NCBI GenBank assembly: GCA_947464015.1
Contig: CANHVE010000003.1
Span: 1 to 40,102, forward strand
Direction of reading: 5' to 3'
DNA length: 40,102 nucleotides
Source of the DNA: Saprospirales bacterium
Lineage (GTDB): Bacteria > Bacteroidota > Bacteroidia > Chitinophagales > CAMDFR01
Made by a program: the position numbers and the translations under genes
Part shown: in pieces, positions 1 through 8,408 of the stretch
Layout: the number at the start of each line of letters is the position of its first letter
How positions within the stretch are numbered: position 1 is the stretch's first letter
Notes under the pieces: model-generated
What the model saw: the letters and a program-made list of their open reading frames with translations, nothing else
Databases searched by the model: none
Told to the model about the DNA's origin: nothing

Positions 1-921
1 AAGAAATTCTTCACACTTTTACCCGAAGAAAAACTAAAATTCATTCCAGTAATTGTAGATTATATTTTCAGTCAGGAAAACGGAGAACAAAGTTTTACAG
101 ACAACACTAAAAACTTATTGAAAGCATTTGCTATTTCAGTTCCACACGACAAAGCAATGGCAATTCGTGATGATGTGGCATTGTTTCAAGCCATAAAATC
201 AAGGTTGGTAAAAATATCAGACAGAAACGAAGGCGGTGCAGGTGGCGAAGAAATGGAAACAGCAATCAAACAAATCATTTCCGAAGCTATTACAGCCGAT
301 AATGTGATTGATATTTTTGATGCAGCAGGTTTGAAAAAACCAAACATTGAAATTTTAGACGAACGCTTTTTGCAAGAACTAAAAGACTTGCCACAAAAGA
401 ATTTGGCAGTAGAGTTATTGAAAAAATTACTTAAAGACGAAATAAAGAAACGAACAAAAATTAACTTGGTAGAAAGCAAAAAGTTTTCCGAAATGTTGGA
501 AGATGCAATCAAACGCTACCACAACGGAATGATTGACACAGTTGAATTTTTAGAAAAAGTTTTAATTCCATTTGCAGAGCAACTAAAAGAAGCGGATAAA
601 CGAGGCGAAAATCTTGGTTTAGATTACAGAGAATATGCTTTTTACACAGCATTAGAAGTGAATAACACAGCAGTTGCAGTACTTGGTGACGAAATTCTAA
701 AACACATTGCACAGGAACTTTTAAAAACGGTTCGCAACAGCACAACCATTGATTGGACAATTAAGGAAAGCGTACAATCAGCATTAAGACGAAACATAAG
801 ACGAATTTTAAGACTACACGGTTATCCGCCAGACCTTCAAGAAAAAGCGGTTGAAACAGTAATCACACAAGCAAAAATGTTAGCAGAGGACTTTATAAAC
901 AACAAACCGACAGACGAATAA
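1..921 (+). CDS. hsdR: Type I restriction endonuclease subunit R, C-terminal part (DUF3387-type tail); 5'-truncated by the window
   Basis: Frame is open from base 1 (KKFFTLLPEEKLKF...). Motifs DIFDAAGLKKPNIEILDERFL, NLAVELLKKLL, E-x-AFY-x-AL, TIDWTIKESVQSALR and GYPPDLQEKAVETVITQA are typical of HsdR C-termini. Confidence 0.88.
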   Translation, partial: KKFFTLLPEEKLKFIPVIVDYIFSQENGEQSFTDNTKNLLKAFAISVPHDKAMAIRDDVALFQAIKSRLVKISDRNEGGAGGEEMETAIKQIISEAITADNVIDIFDAAGLKKPNIEILDERFLQELKDLPQKNLAVELLKKLLKDEIKKRTKINLVESKKFSEMLEDAIKRYHNGMIDTVEFLEKVLIPFAEQLKEADKRGENLGLDYREYAFYTALEVNNTAVAVLGDEILKHIAQELLKTVRNSTTIDWTIKESVQSALRRNIRRILRLHGYPPDLQEKAVETVITQAKMLAEDFINNKPTDE

Positions 922-931
922 GCCCACGCTT

Positions 932-998
932 TTGGTGGCACATTTGCATTTTTTCCAAACGCACAAAGCCCAACAAAAAAATGCAAAAGAGCCACCAA
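932..998. repeat. Imperfect inverted repeat (23-bp arms) downstream of hsdR
   Basis: TTGGTGGCACATTTGCATTTTTT (932-954) pairs with AAAAAATGCAAAAGAGCCACCAA (976-998) with 2 mismatches. Confidence 0.8.
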
Positions 999-1060
999 GC
1001 CAACGCACCAAAGACAGCAGTAACAATGGACAGACACACCACGACAGAAAGAACGCCAGC

Positions 1061-1192
1061 CTGTAACAGCGGTTTTGCAAAAAAGCGGGTTCAGTGGATA
1101 ATTGAACATTCTACTTCGCATCAACTTTTGTGGTATGTTGACAGTTTTGTGCTCCGAAATCCGCTTCTTCGCAAAGCCGCAAACCGTTAAAA
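1061..1192 (+). mobile_element. attC-like recombination-site hairpin
   Basis: Begins CTGTAAC (1061-1067) and ends GTTAAAA (1186-1192). Inner arms GCGGTTTTGCAAAAAAGCGGGTT and AATCCGCTTCTTCGCAAAGCCGC are near-complementary; about 132 bp overall. The role is inferred from resemblance to the attC R''/R' layout. Confidence 0.6.
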
Positions 1193-1290
1193 CCCACCCA
1201 TCCACCCCCATATTTATACAGGATCAATAGCGTATAAAAAAATTAATACGTTTGAAAATCAACAATTTAGTAAAAAAACAAGCAGGAAGA

Positions 1291-1324
1291 TTGAAATAAA
1301 GATATTAAACTCTTTTTATTTCAA
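1291..1324. promoter_or_regulatory. Palindromic operator candidate for the Rrf2 regulator
   Basis: Perfect 10-bp arms TTGAAATAAA-N14-TTTATTTCAA just upstream of the -7 box. Confidence 0.55.
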
Positions 1325-1334
1325 AATATTTATT

Positions 1335-1342
1335 TATCTTTG
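1335..1342 (+). promoter_or_regulatory. Bacteroidota primary-sigma -7 box
   Basis: TATCTTTG matches TAnnTTTG, 18 nt before the Rrf2 ATG. Confidence 0.6.
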
Positions 1343-1360
1343 TTTTATAATTGAAGTAAA

Positions 1361-1795
1361 ATGTTTTCAAAGTCTTGTGAATATGCGATAAAAGCGATGA
1401 TTTATGTAGCACAAAAATCGAAAGATGAGATGCGTGTTAGTATAAAAGATATTGCTAAAGGAACTGATTCTCCTGAGCATTTTATTGCTAAAATCATGCA
1501 GGAATTAGGTCGAAAAAGACTGGTATTGTCAGTAAAAGGTCCCAATGGAGGATTTTATATGACTGATAAAGAATTACAAACCTCAATTTCAGATATTGTA
1601 AGAGCTCTTGATGGAGATGGTATCTATGTAGATTGTGTATTAGGTTTGAAAACCTGTTCAGAAAAAACCCCTTGTCCAGTTCATTTTGAATATAAAGCGA
1701 TTAAAGCAAAGCTTATTCAAATGTTAGAGCATAATACTATTGGTAATTTTAATGAAAAACTAGACTCAGGTAGCTTTTTCTTAAAGAACATTTAA
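1361..1795 (+). CDS. Rrf2 family transcriptional regulator, probably Fe-S binding
   Basis: MFSKSCEYAIKAM start, SVKGPNGGF wing, and three Cys in DCVLGLKTCSEKTPCPVH. Confidence 0.92.
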   Translation: MFSKSCEYAIKAMIYVAQKSKDEMRVSIKDIAKGTDSPEHFIAKIMQELGRKRLVLSVKGPNGGFYMTDKELQTSISDIVRALDGDGIYVDCVLGLKTCSEKTPCPVHFEYKAIKAKLIQMLEHNTIGNFNEKLDSGSFFLKNI

Positions 1796-1865
1796 ATTTT
1801 TTTACACCAATTAAAGATAAAAAGGTATTAAAAACATTATAAATAAACATTAAAATAAAAACACA

Positions 1866-2306
1866 ATGAAAACATTTAAAAACATTTTATGTCCTTACGA
1901 CTTCTCAGAATATGCTGATGAAGCCTTATTGTTTGCGTTTAAATTAGCAGATAAAGAAACCACTATTACACTTGCAAACGCCATACAAGTTCCTTATTCA
2001 ATAGATCCATATGGATTTACATATTTTGATTCAAGTGCAGAAGATATTAAAAAATCTTCTAATGAAGCATTAGATAAAAAAACAGCTGCCTTAAAAGAAA
2101 AACATCCCGATCTAAATATTAACTACAAGTCAGAAGTGATTTATGATCCAGCAGAATTTATTTTAAAAACACAAAAAGAAGGTCATTATGATTTATTAGT
2201 GATTGGCTCTCATGGAAGAAAAGGATTGAGCAGATTATTAATGGGTAGTGTTGCTGAATCAGTATTAAGAGAAGCTACTTGTCCAGTTGTTATTATCAAA
2301 AAATAA
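1866..2306 (+). CDS. Universal stress protein
   Basis: NILCPYDFS N-terminus and DLLVIGSHGRKGLSRLLMGSVAESVLREATCPV C-terminus. Confidence 0.95.
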   Translation: MKTFKNILCPYDFSEYADEALLFAFKLADKETTITLANAIQVPYSIDPYGFTYFDSSAEDIKKSSNEALDKKTAALKEKHPDLNINYKSEVIYDPAEFILKTQKEGHYDLLVIGSHGRKGLSRLLMGSVAESVLREATCPVVIIKK

Positions 2307-2311
2307 AAGTC

Positions 2312-4732
2312 GTGCGAAGTCATAAAAATATTTCTGAAAACAGTATAGCATGCTACCATTGCGGAGACACTTGCAGCAATGACAGCATTCATATTGAACA
2401 GAAGTATTTTTGTTGTACGGGTTGTAAATCTGTTTATGAAATATTAAACGAAAACGATTTATGCACTTATTATACGCTAAATCAAGCGCCTGGTAATGAC
2501 CAAAAAAAGGAAATACGAAAAGACAAATTTGCTTTTTTAGATAATGATGAAATCAAATTAAAACTATTACAATTTAGTTGTGCTAAAAAATCACAACTCA
2601 CTTTTTATATTCCACAAATTCATTGTAGTAGCTGCTTATGGTTGCTCGAAAATTTGCATACTTTAGATTCGGGAATTATTGAATCTAGAGTTAATTTTAA
2701 TGTGAAAGAAGTTTTTATTTCTTTTGAAAACGAACAAACTACGTTACGTAAAGTAGTTGAATTATTAAGCAAATTAGGCTATGAACCACATTTAAGTTTA
2801 AATGAAATAAGCCAAAAACAACTTAATAAAATCGACAGAACTCGATGGTATAAAATTGGTATTGCAGGTTTTTGTTTTGGTAATATCATGATGATGAGTT
2901 TTGCTGATTACTTTGCCATAAGCAATACCGTTGAACCAGCCATAAAATATTTTTTTAGCATCATGAGTGTGGCTTTGTCATTGCCTGTATTATTCTATTC
3001 GGCCAATGAGTTTTTTATTTCTGCTTGGAATGGTCTTAAAAACAAGTATTTAAACATAGATTTTCCAGTAGCATTAGCACTTATTATTACTTTTTCTCGA
3101 AGCCTATATGAAATTTATAATCAGGTAGGTACCGGTTATTTAGATAGTATGACAGGCATTGTTTTCTTTATGCTTATTGGTAGATGGTTGCAATCCAGAA
3201 CCTATCAATCTATTTCTTTTGATAGAGATTATAAATCTTTTTTCCCTATAGCACTTAATGTAATTAAAGAGGGTTATGTAAAACCTACTGATCTCATGGA
3301 GGTGAAAAAAAATGATATTATTCAAATTTTTTCTAATGAAATTATACCTGTTGATACCATCTTATCTAAAGGTGTTGCAAAGATAGATTATAGTTTTGTT
3401 AGTGGAGAGAGCGAGGCAGTATCTATACAACCTGGTGAAATGATTTATGCAGGAGGAAAACAAATTGGAGGATTATTAGAACTCATCGTAGTGAAAGAAG
3501 TTTCACAAAGTTATTTAACTAATTTATGGAACAACCCAATTTTCGACAAAAAACAAACGAGTCAACAAAGTATTTATGATATAATAGGCAAATACTTTAC
3601 TTATGCGGTTATAGCTATAGGTGGCATTGCTGCTTTATATTGGTATTGGATGGGTTCTACAATCTTGATGTGGAATGCATTTACAACGGTATTAATCGTT
3701 GCATGTCCATGTGCCTTATTGCTTTCTCAAAATTATACGAATGGTAATATTATCCGAATTCTTGCTAAAAATAAATTGTATTTAAAGTCAGCAGAAGTAT
3801 TAAATAAAATTACACAAATAAATCATATTGTATTTGATAAAACAGGCACCATTACGCAAGCAAACACTTCACGTACCAAATACGTTGGTAAAGTATTAGA
3901 TGCTGAATTGAAGTTAATGATTGCGTCTTTAGTGAAACAATCAGCTCATCCAGCAAGTCATTTAATTTTTGATTACCTAAATTGTAATAGCACAGTTGAG
4001 GTACAACATTTTAAGGAAGTAGAAGGGAAAGGCATTGAAGCTTGGATCAATGAACATCATATAAAAATAGGTTCACCCGCATTTGTGGGAGGAATACATA
4101 ATATAGAAAATAAAGGAACGGTTGTAGTAGTCTATATGGATGGACATATTATAGGAGATTTTATAATTACCAATAAATATAGAATAGGTGTTTCTAATTT
4201 GTTGTCGTCCTTAAAAAAACATTTTAAATTGTCTCTTTTATCAGGAGATAATGATGCTGAAGTAAAAAATGTAGAAGCGTTATTAGGTGCAGATAGTGAA
4301 ATTTTATTTAATCAAAGTCCTACGCAAAAATTAGAACATATCAAATATTTACAAAACGCTTTGCACCATGAAGTAATGATGATAGGTGACGGATTAAACG
4401 ATGCAGGTGCACTTAAACAAAGCGCTGTAGGGATTGCAGTAGCAGATGCTAAAAATTCTTTTACACCTTCTTCAGACGCTATCATCGATGCCAACAAATT
4501 AACTAATTTGGATACATTTATTCAATTTATTAAACAAGGTAAATATATCATATTCGCCACCTTTAGTATCTCTGCTATTTATAATATTATAGGATTGTTT
4601 TTTGCCGTACAAGGTACTTTATCTCCTGTAATAGCAGCCATATTAATGCCTTGTAGCTCTATCAGTATTATTTTATTAACCTATGGATTAACCGAAGTTT
4701 CGGCTAAGCACTATAAATTAAATCGAGATTAA
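2312..4732 (+). CDS. ccoI: Cu-translocating P1B-type ATPase for cbb3 oxidase assembly (CcoI/FixI)
   Basis: N-terminal CYHCG, CCTGC and HCSSC metal motifs; SGES, CPC, DKTGT, HP and GDGLND. The in-frame GTG at 2312, just after the USP stop, is preferred to the overlapping 2279 start. Confidence 0.92.
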   Translation: MRSHKNISENSIACYHCGDTCSNDSIHIEQKYFCCTGCKSVYEILNENDLCTYYTLNQAPGNDQKKEIRKDKFAFLDNDEIKLKLLQFSCAKKSQLTFYIPQIHCSSCLWLLENLHTLDSGIIESRVNFNVKEVFISFENEQTTLRKVVELLSKLGYEPHLSLNEISQKQLNKIDRTRWYKIGIAGFCFGNIMMMSFADYFAISNTVEPAIKYFFSIMSVALSLPVLFYSANEFFISAWNGLKNKYLNIDFPVALALIITFSRSLYEIYNQVGTGYLDSMTGIVFFMLIGRWLQSRTYQSISFDRDYKSFFPIALNVIKEGYVKPTDLMEVKKNDIIQIFSNEIIPVDTILSKGVAKIDYSFVSGESEAVSIQPGEMIYAGGKQIGGLLELIVVKEVSQSYLTNLWNNPIFDKKQTSQQSIYDIIGKYFTYAVIAIGGIAALYWYWMGSTILMWNAFTTVLIVACPCALLLSQNYTNGNIIRILAKNKLYLKSAEVLNKITQINHIVFDKTGTITQANTSRTKYVGKVLDAELKLMIASLVKQSAHPASHLIFDYLNCNSTVEVQHFKEVEGKGIEAWINEHHIKIGSPAFVGGIHNIENKGTVVVVYMDGHIIGDFIITNKYRIGVSNLLSSLKKHFKLSLLSGDNDAEVKNVEALLGADSEILFNQSPTQKLEHIKYLQNALHHEVMMIGDGLNDAGALKQSAVGIAVADAKNSFTPSSDAIIDANKLTNLDTFIQFIKQGKYIIFATFSISAIYNIIGLFFAVQGTLSPVIAAILMPCSSISIILLTYGLTEVSAKHYKLNRD

Positions 4733-4733
4733 A

Positions 4734-4889
4734 ATGACGGTAATAATTCTTTTATTGATTGTAAGTATACTCATAGCAGGAGGTTTTTTAATAGCCTTTT
4801 TATGGAGTGTAAACGATGGACAGTTTGACGATGATATAAGCCCAGCACAAAGAATCTTATTTGATAATAAAAAAACTAACACAAAATAA
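4734..4889 (+). CDS. ccoS: cbb3-type cytochrome oxidase assembly protein CcoS (51 aa; not in ORF track)
   Basis: Hand-translated MTVIILLLIVSILIAGGFLIAFLWSVNDGQFDDDISPAQRILFDNKKTNTK, with the W-x4-GQFDD...PA-x-RIL-x-D signature; lies between ccoI and ccoN. Confidence 0.93.
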   Translation: MTVIILLLIVSILIAGGFLIAFLWSVNDGQFDDDISPAQRILFDNKKTNTK

Positions 4890-4900
4890 ATCCAATTTTT

Positions 4901-7036
4901 ATGAACCAAGAAAAATTCTTTTACGACAACAAAATCCCAAAAGCATTTGCGATAGCATGTATTTTTTGGGGTGTAGTAGGAATGTTATTAGGAGTGATTG
5001 CCGCTTTTCAATTAGCATTTCCTATTCTAAATTTTAGTGATTATTTTCCATACTTAGCATTTGGTCGTTTAAGACCTGTGCATACCAATGCGGTTATTTT
5101 TGCCTTTGTTGGAAATGGAATTTTCACAGGAGTTTATTATGCAGTTCCTCGTTTACTTAAAACGCCTATGTGGAATAAAGCATTGAGCTTAATACACTTT
5201 TGGGGTTGGCAGTTTATTATCGTATGTGCTGCCGTTACTTTATTATTAGGCTTCACTACTGGTAAAGAATACGCAGAACTAGAATGGCCAATTGATATAT
5301 TAATTACATTGGTTTGGGTGGTGTTTGGAATTAATTTATTTGGAACCATATTCACACGTAGAGAGCGTCATTTATATGTTGCTATATGGTTTTTCATTGC
5401 TTCATGGGTAACGGTAGCTATGTTGCATATTGTAAATTCTTTCGAATTTCCAGTATCATTTATGAAAAGTTATTCTTGGTATGCAGGTGTACAAGATGCA
5501 CTTGTACAATGGTGGTATGGACATAATGCAGTAGCATTTTTCTTAACTACACCTTATCTAGGTTTAATGTATTATTTCTTACCTAAAGCAGCAGATCGTC
5601 CAGTATATTCTTATAGATTGAGTATCGTTCACTTTTGGAGTTTAATCTTTTTATACATCTGGGCTGGTCCACACCATTTATTATATACAGCATTACCAGA
5701 TTGGGCGCAGTCTTTAGGTACAGCCTTTTCAATTATGTTAATCCTACCTAGTTGGGGAGGTATGTTAAATGGTTTATTTACTTTAAGAGGAGCTTGGGAT
5801 AAAGTAAGAGAGGACCCAGTGTTGAAGTTTTTTGTGGTAGCTGTTACATGCTATGGTATGAGTACGTTTGAAGGACCCATGTTATCTTTGAAAAATGTAA
5901 ATGCTATTTCACATTATAGCGATTGGACAGTTGCTCACGTACACATTGGTGCATTAGGATGGAATGGTTTTTTAACCTTTGGTATGATGTATTGGTTAAT
6001 ACCTAGATTATTTGATACAAAATTATATTCAAAAAAATTAGCCTCTGCACACTTCTGGATTGGAACATTAGGTATTATGTTATATGCTATACCAATGTAT
6101 TGGAGTGCGTTTCGTTCTTATTTCATGATGAAAGCATTTACTCCTGAAGGACAATTACAATATAAATTTATTGATATCGTACAAACAGTCGTTCCTTTTT
6201 ATACAATTAGAGCTATTGGTGGTACCATCTTTTTGATTGGCGTATTTATTATGGTATATAACCTTATTAAAACAGCTAAAGCAGGTAAATTTTTAGCTTC
6301 TGAAGAAGCAAATGCTCCAGTGTTGGCTAAAGAATATGTAGCACCTGCCAATTCAATTTGGCATAGCTTAATTGAAAGAAGACCTTTATTATTATTAGTA
6401 TTAAGTCTTATCATGGTAGGAATAGGAGGTTTAGTGGAGTTGGTTCCAACCTTCTTAGTGAAAAGCAATATACCAACTATAGCTTCTGTTAAACCTTATA
6501 CACCACTTGAATTACAAGGAAGAGATATTTATATCAGAGAAGGTTGCTATAATTGCCATTCACAAATGATTCGTCCATTTAGATACGAGGTTGCTCGATA
6601 TGGAGAATATTCTAAAGCTGGAGAGTTTGTTTATGATCACCCTTTCCAATGGGGAAGTAAACGTACAGGACCAGATTTAGCTAGAATTGGAGGAAAGTAT
6701 AATAACGTTTGGCATTTCAATCATATGTTATCACCAAGCTCAATGGAGTCGGCTACTATTATGCCTTCTTATCCAAGTTTGTATGAAAATACAATTGATA
6801 AAGCGAGTACCAATTCTAAAATTCATGTGATGCGTAAAATGGGTGTTCCATATCCAGAAGGATATGAGGCAATCGCTAATCAGGATTTAGAAAAACAAGC
6901 AAACGAAATTGTAACTGATTTAGTGAGTACTGATAAACATATAAAAATTTCGAGCGACAAAGAAATTATTGCTTTGATTGCATACTTACAACGTGTAGGA
7001 CGAGATATTAAATTAGAAGAAAAAACAAATAAATAA
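4901..7036 (+). CDS. ccoN: cbb3-type cytochrome c oxidase, fused subunits I and II (CcoN-CcoO)
   Basis: RLRPVHTN, WWYGHNAV, WAGPHH and HVHIGALGW (CcoN), followed by GRDIYIREGCYNCHSQMIRP and WGSKRTGPDLAR (CcoO). Confidence 0.97.
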   Translation: MNQEKFFYDNKIPKAFAIACIFWGVVGMLLGVIAAFQLAFPILNFSDYFPYLAFGRLRPVHTNAVIFAFVGNGIFTGVYYAVPRLLKTPMWNKALSLIHFWGWQFIIVCAAVTLLLGFTTGKEYAELEWPIDILITLVWVVFGINLFGTIFTRRERHLYVAIWFFIASWVTVAMLHIVNSFEFPVSFMKSYSWYAGVQDALVQWWYGHNAVAFFLTTPYLGLMYYFLPKAADRPVYSYRLSIVHFWSLIFLYIWAGPHHLLYTALPDWAQSLGTAFSIMLILPSWGGMLNGLFTLRGAWDKVREDPVLKFFVVAVTCYGMSTFEGPMLSLKNVNAISHYSDWTVAHVHIGALGWNGFLTFGMMYWLIPRLFDTKLYSKKLASAHFWIGTLGIMLYAIPMYWSAFRSYFMMKAFTPEGQLQYKFIDIVQTVVPFYTIRAIGGTIFLIGVFIMVYNLIKTAKAGKFLASEEANAPVLAKEYVAPANSIWHSLIERRPLLLLVLSLIMVGIGGLVELVPTFLVKSNIPTIASVKPYTPLELQGRDIYIREGCYNCHSQMIRPFRYEVARYGEYSKAGEFVYDHPFQWGSKRTGPDLARIGGKYNNVWHFNHMLSPSSMESATIMPSYPSLYENTIDKASTNSKIHVMRKMGVPYPEGYEAIANQDLEKQANEIVTDLVSTDKHIKISSDKEIIALIAYLQRVGRDIKLEEKTNK

Positions 7037-7039
7037 GAT

Positions 7040-7210
7040 ATGAAATTTTCAACGTATTTAACCCATATAGCTGGTGTAAAAATTTATCCAATAATTTCTT
7101 TACTCATTTTTGTTGTCTTTTTTGTACTCGTGGTTTTTTGGATGTACAGATTAGATAAAAATGAAATTGCTAGAATAGAGAATTTACCATTTGATGACCA
7201 AAAAAATTAA
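7040..7210 (+). CDS. ccoQ: cbb3-type cytochrome c oxidase subunit CcoQ (56 aa; not in ORF track)
   Basis: Hand-translated MKFSTYLTHIAGVKIYPIISLLIFVVFFVLVVFWMYRLDKNEIARIENLPFDDQKN; one TM helix and an LPFDD tail; lies between ccoNO and ccoP. Confidence 0.9.
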   Translation: MKFSTYLTHIAGVKIYPIISLLIFVVFFVLVVFWMYRLDKNEIARIENLPFDDQKN

Positions 7211-7214
7211 TACA

Positions 7215-8378
7215 ATGACAACGATTAATTATAAAAAAAGTACCCTTTTAGTATTAGCACTTTCTCTTCCTTTCTTGATGAAGGCTGCAGATAATGGTGC
7301 GACAGCGGCTGCCTCTCCATTTGAGTTGGATATCAATATCATTCTAATGTGTATAGCCGTATTGCTGCTGATTCCTTTTTATTATACCAGTAAAACTTTT
7401 TTGTTTGCTGCTAAAGATTTTTTTAATAAAAAAATGAAAGGAAATGAAAGCACTAAAACCATTATAAGTATTTTAATATTTTGTCTATTAACTACAGTTG
7501 CATCTGCTCAAAATGTAGCTGCTGATGCTGTAGCATCCAAACCAGATTTCCTTTCTTCTCCTAAAAACTTTTTGACCATATTATTATTAGCTACAATTTT
7601 TCTGGAGTTTCTTTTTATCATTTATTTTTCTTGGAAAACAACGAAGTTTTTAAATCCGGAAGCTCTTAGAGAAGCTTCACCAGAAGCAGAAACAGAAAGC
7701 ACTTTTGAAACTTTTTGGAATAAAATAAATAGTTTTAAAGCTAAAGGAGAAGAAGATACCATTGATACAGGACATAACTATGATGGTATTCGCGAATTAG
7801 ACAATGTTACTCCGCCTTGGTTTATTACCGCTTTTGCATTATCAATCATTTTTGCAGCAGTATATTTATACATATATCATATTGCTGAATCTGCTCCTCT
7901 TCAAATAGAAGAATACAATATTGAAATGGCTAATGCAGATGCTGAAAAAGCAAAACTAAACCCAGCAAATGAAAAAATTATTACAGCTGAAACTGTAACG
8001 ATGCTTGGTGCAGCGGATATAGCAAAAGGTAAAATGTTATTTACAGCCAATTGCGTTTCTTGTCATGGTGCAAATGCAGCAAGTATGCCAGGTGGTGTTG
8101 GTCCAAACTTAACGGATGAATATTGGATTCATGGTGGAAGTATTGCCAATGTGTTTTCTTCTATTACAAATGGTTGGCCTGAAAAAGGAATGATCTCTTG
8201 GAAATCACAATTGTCATCAATGCAAATTGCACAAATTGCAAGTTATGTGAAGTCTACTAAAGGAACAGTACAAACGGGAGGCAAAGAATCTCAGGGTGAA
8301 ATTTATATAGAAGAATCAACATCAGTAGTAAAAGATTCTATGGTAACCACAATAGATACTACAGCTAAAGTAAAATAA
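7215..8378 (+). CDS. ccoP: cbb3-type cytochrome c oxidase subunit III (CcoP), monoheme, with a long N-terminal extension
   Basis: HNYDGIRELDNVTPPW, CVSCH, GPNLTDEYWIHGG and GWPEKGMISW. The ATG at 7215 follows the ccoQ stop. Confidence 0.93.
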   Translation: MTTINYKKSTLLVLALSLPFLMKAADNGATAAASPFELDINIILMCIAVLLLIPFYYTSKTFLFAAKDFFNKKMKGNESTKTIISILIFCLLTTVASAQNVAADAVASKPDFLSSPKNFLTILLLATIFLEFLFIIYFSWKTTKFLNPEALREASPEAETESTFETFWNKINSFKAKGEEDTIDTGHNYDGIRELDNVTPPWFITAFALSIIFAAVYLYIYHIAESAPLQIEEYNIEMANADAEKAKLNPANEKIITAETVTMLGAADIAKGKMLFTANCVSCHGANAASMPGGVGPNLTDEYWIHGGSIANVFSSITNGWPEKGMISWKSQLSSMQIAQIASYVKSTKGTVQTGGKESQGEIYIEESTSVVKDSMVTTIDTTAKVK

Positions 8379-8408
8379 TATTTAGGCGTATTTAAGAAAT
8401 TAGACATA

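Noticed and set aside
837-1211. ORFs 837-1211(-), 880-1080(-) and 981-1190(+)
   Set aside because: They run across the two hairpins and have no recognisable motifs; better explained as open frames in structured non-coding DNA.
4718-4909. 63-aa minus-strand ORF
   Set aside because: Antisense shadow of ccoS (4734-4889, plus strand).
4901-7036. ccoN-ccoO fusion as a novelty
   Set aside because: This fusion is the usual arrangement in Bacteroidota.
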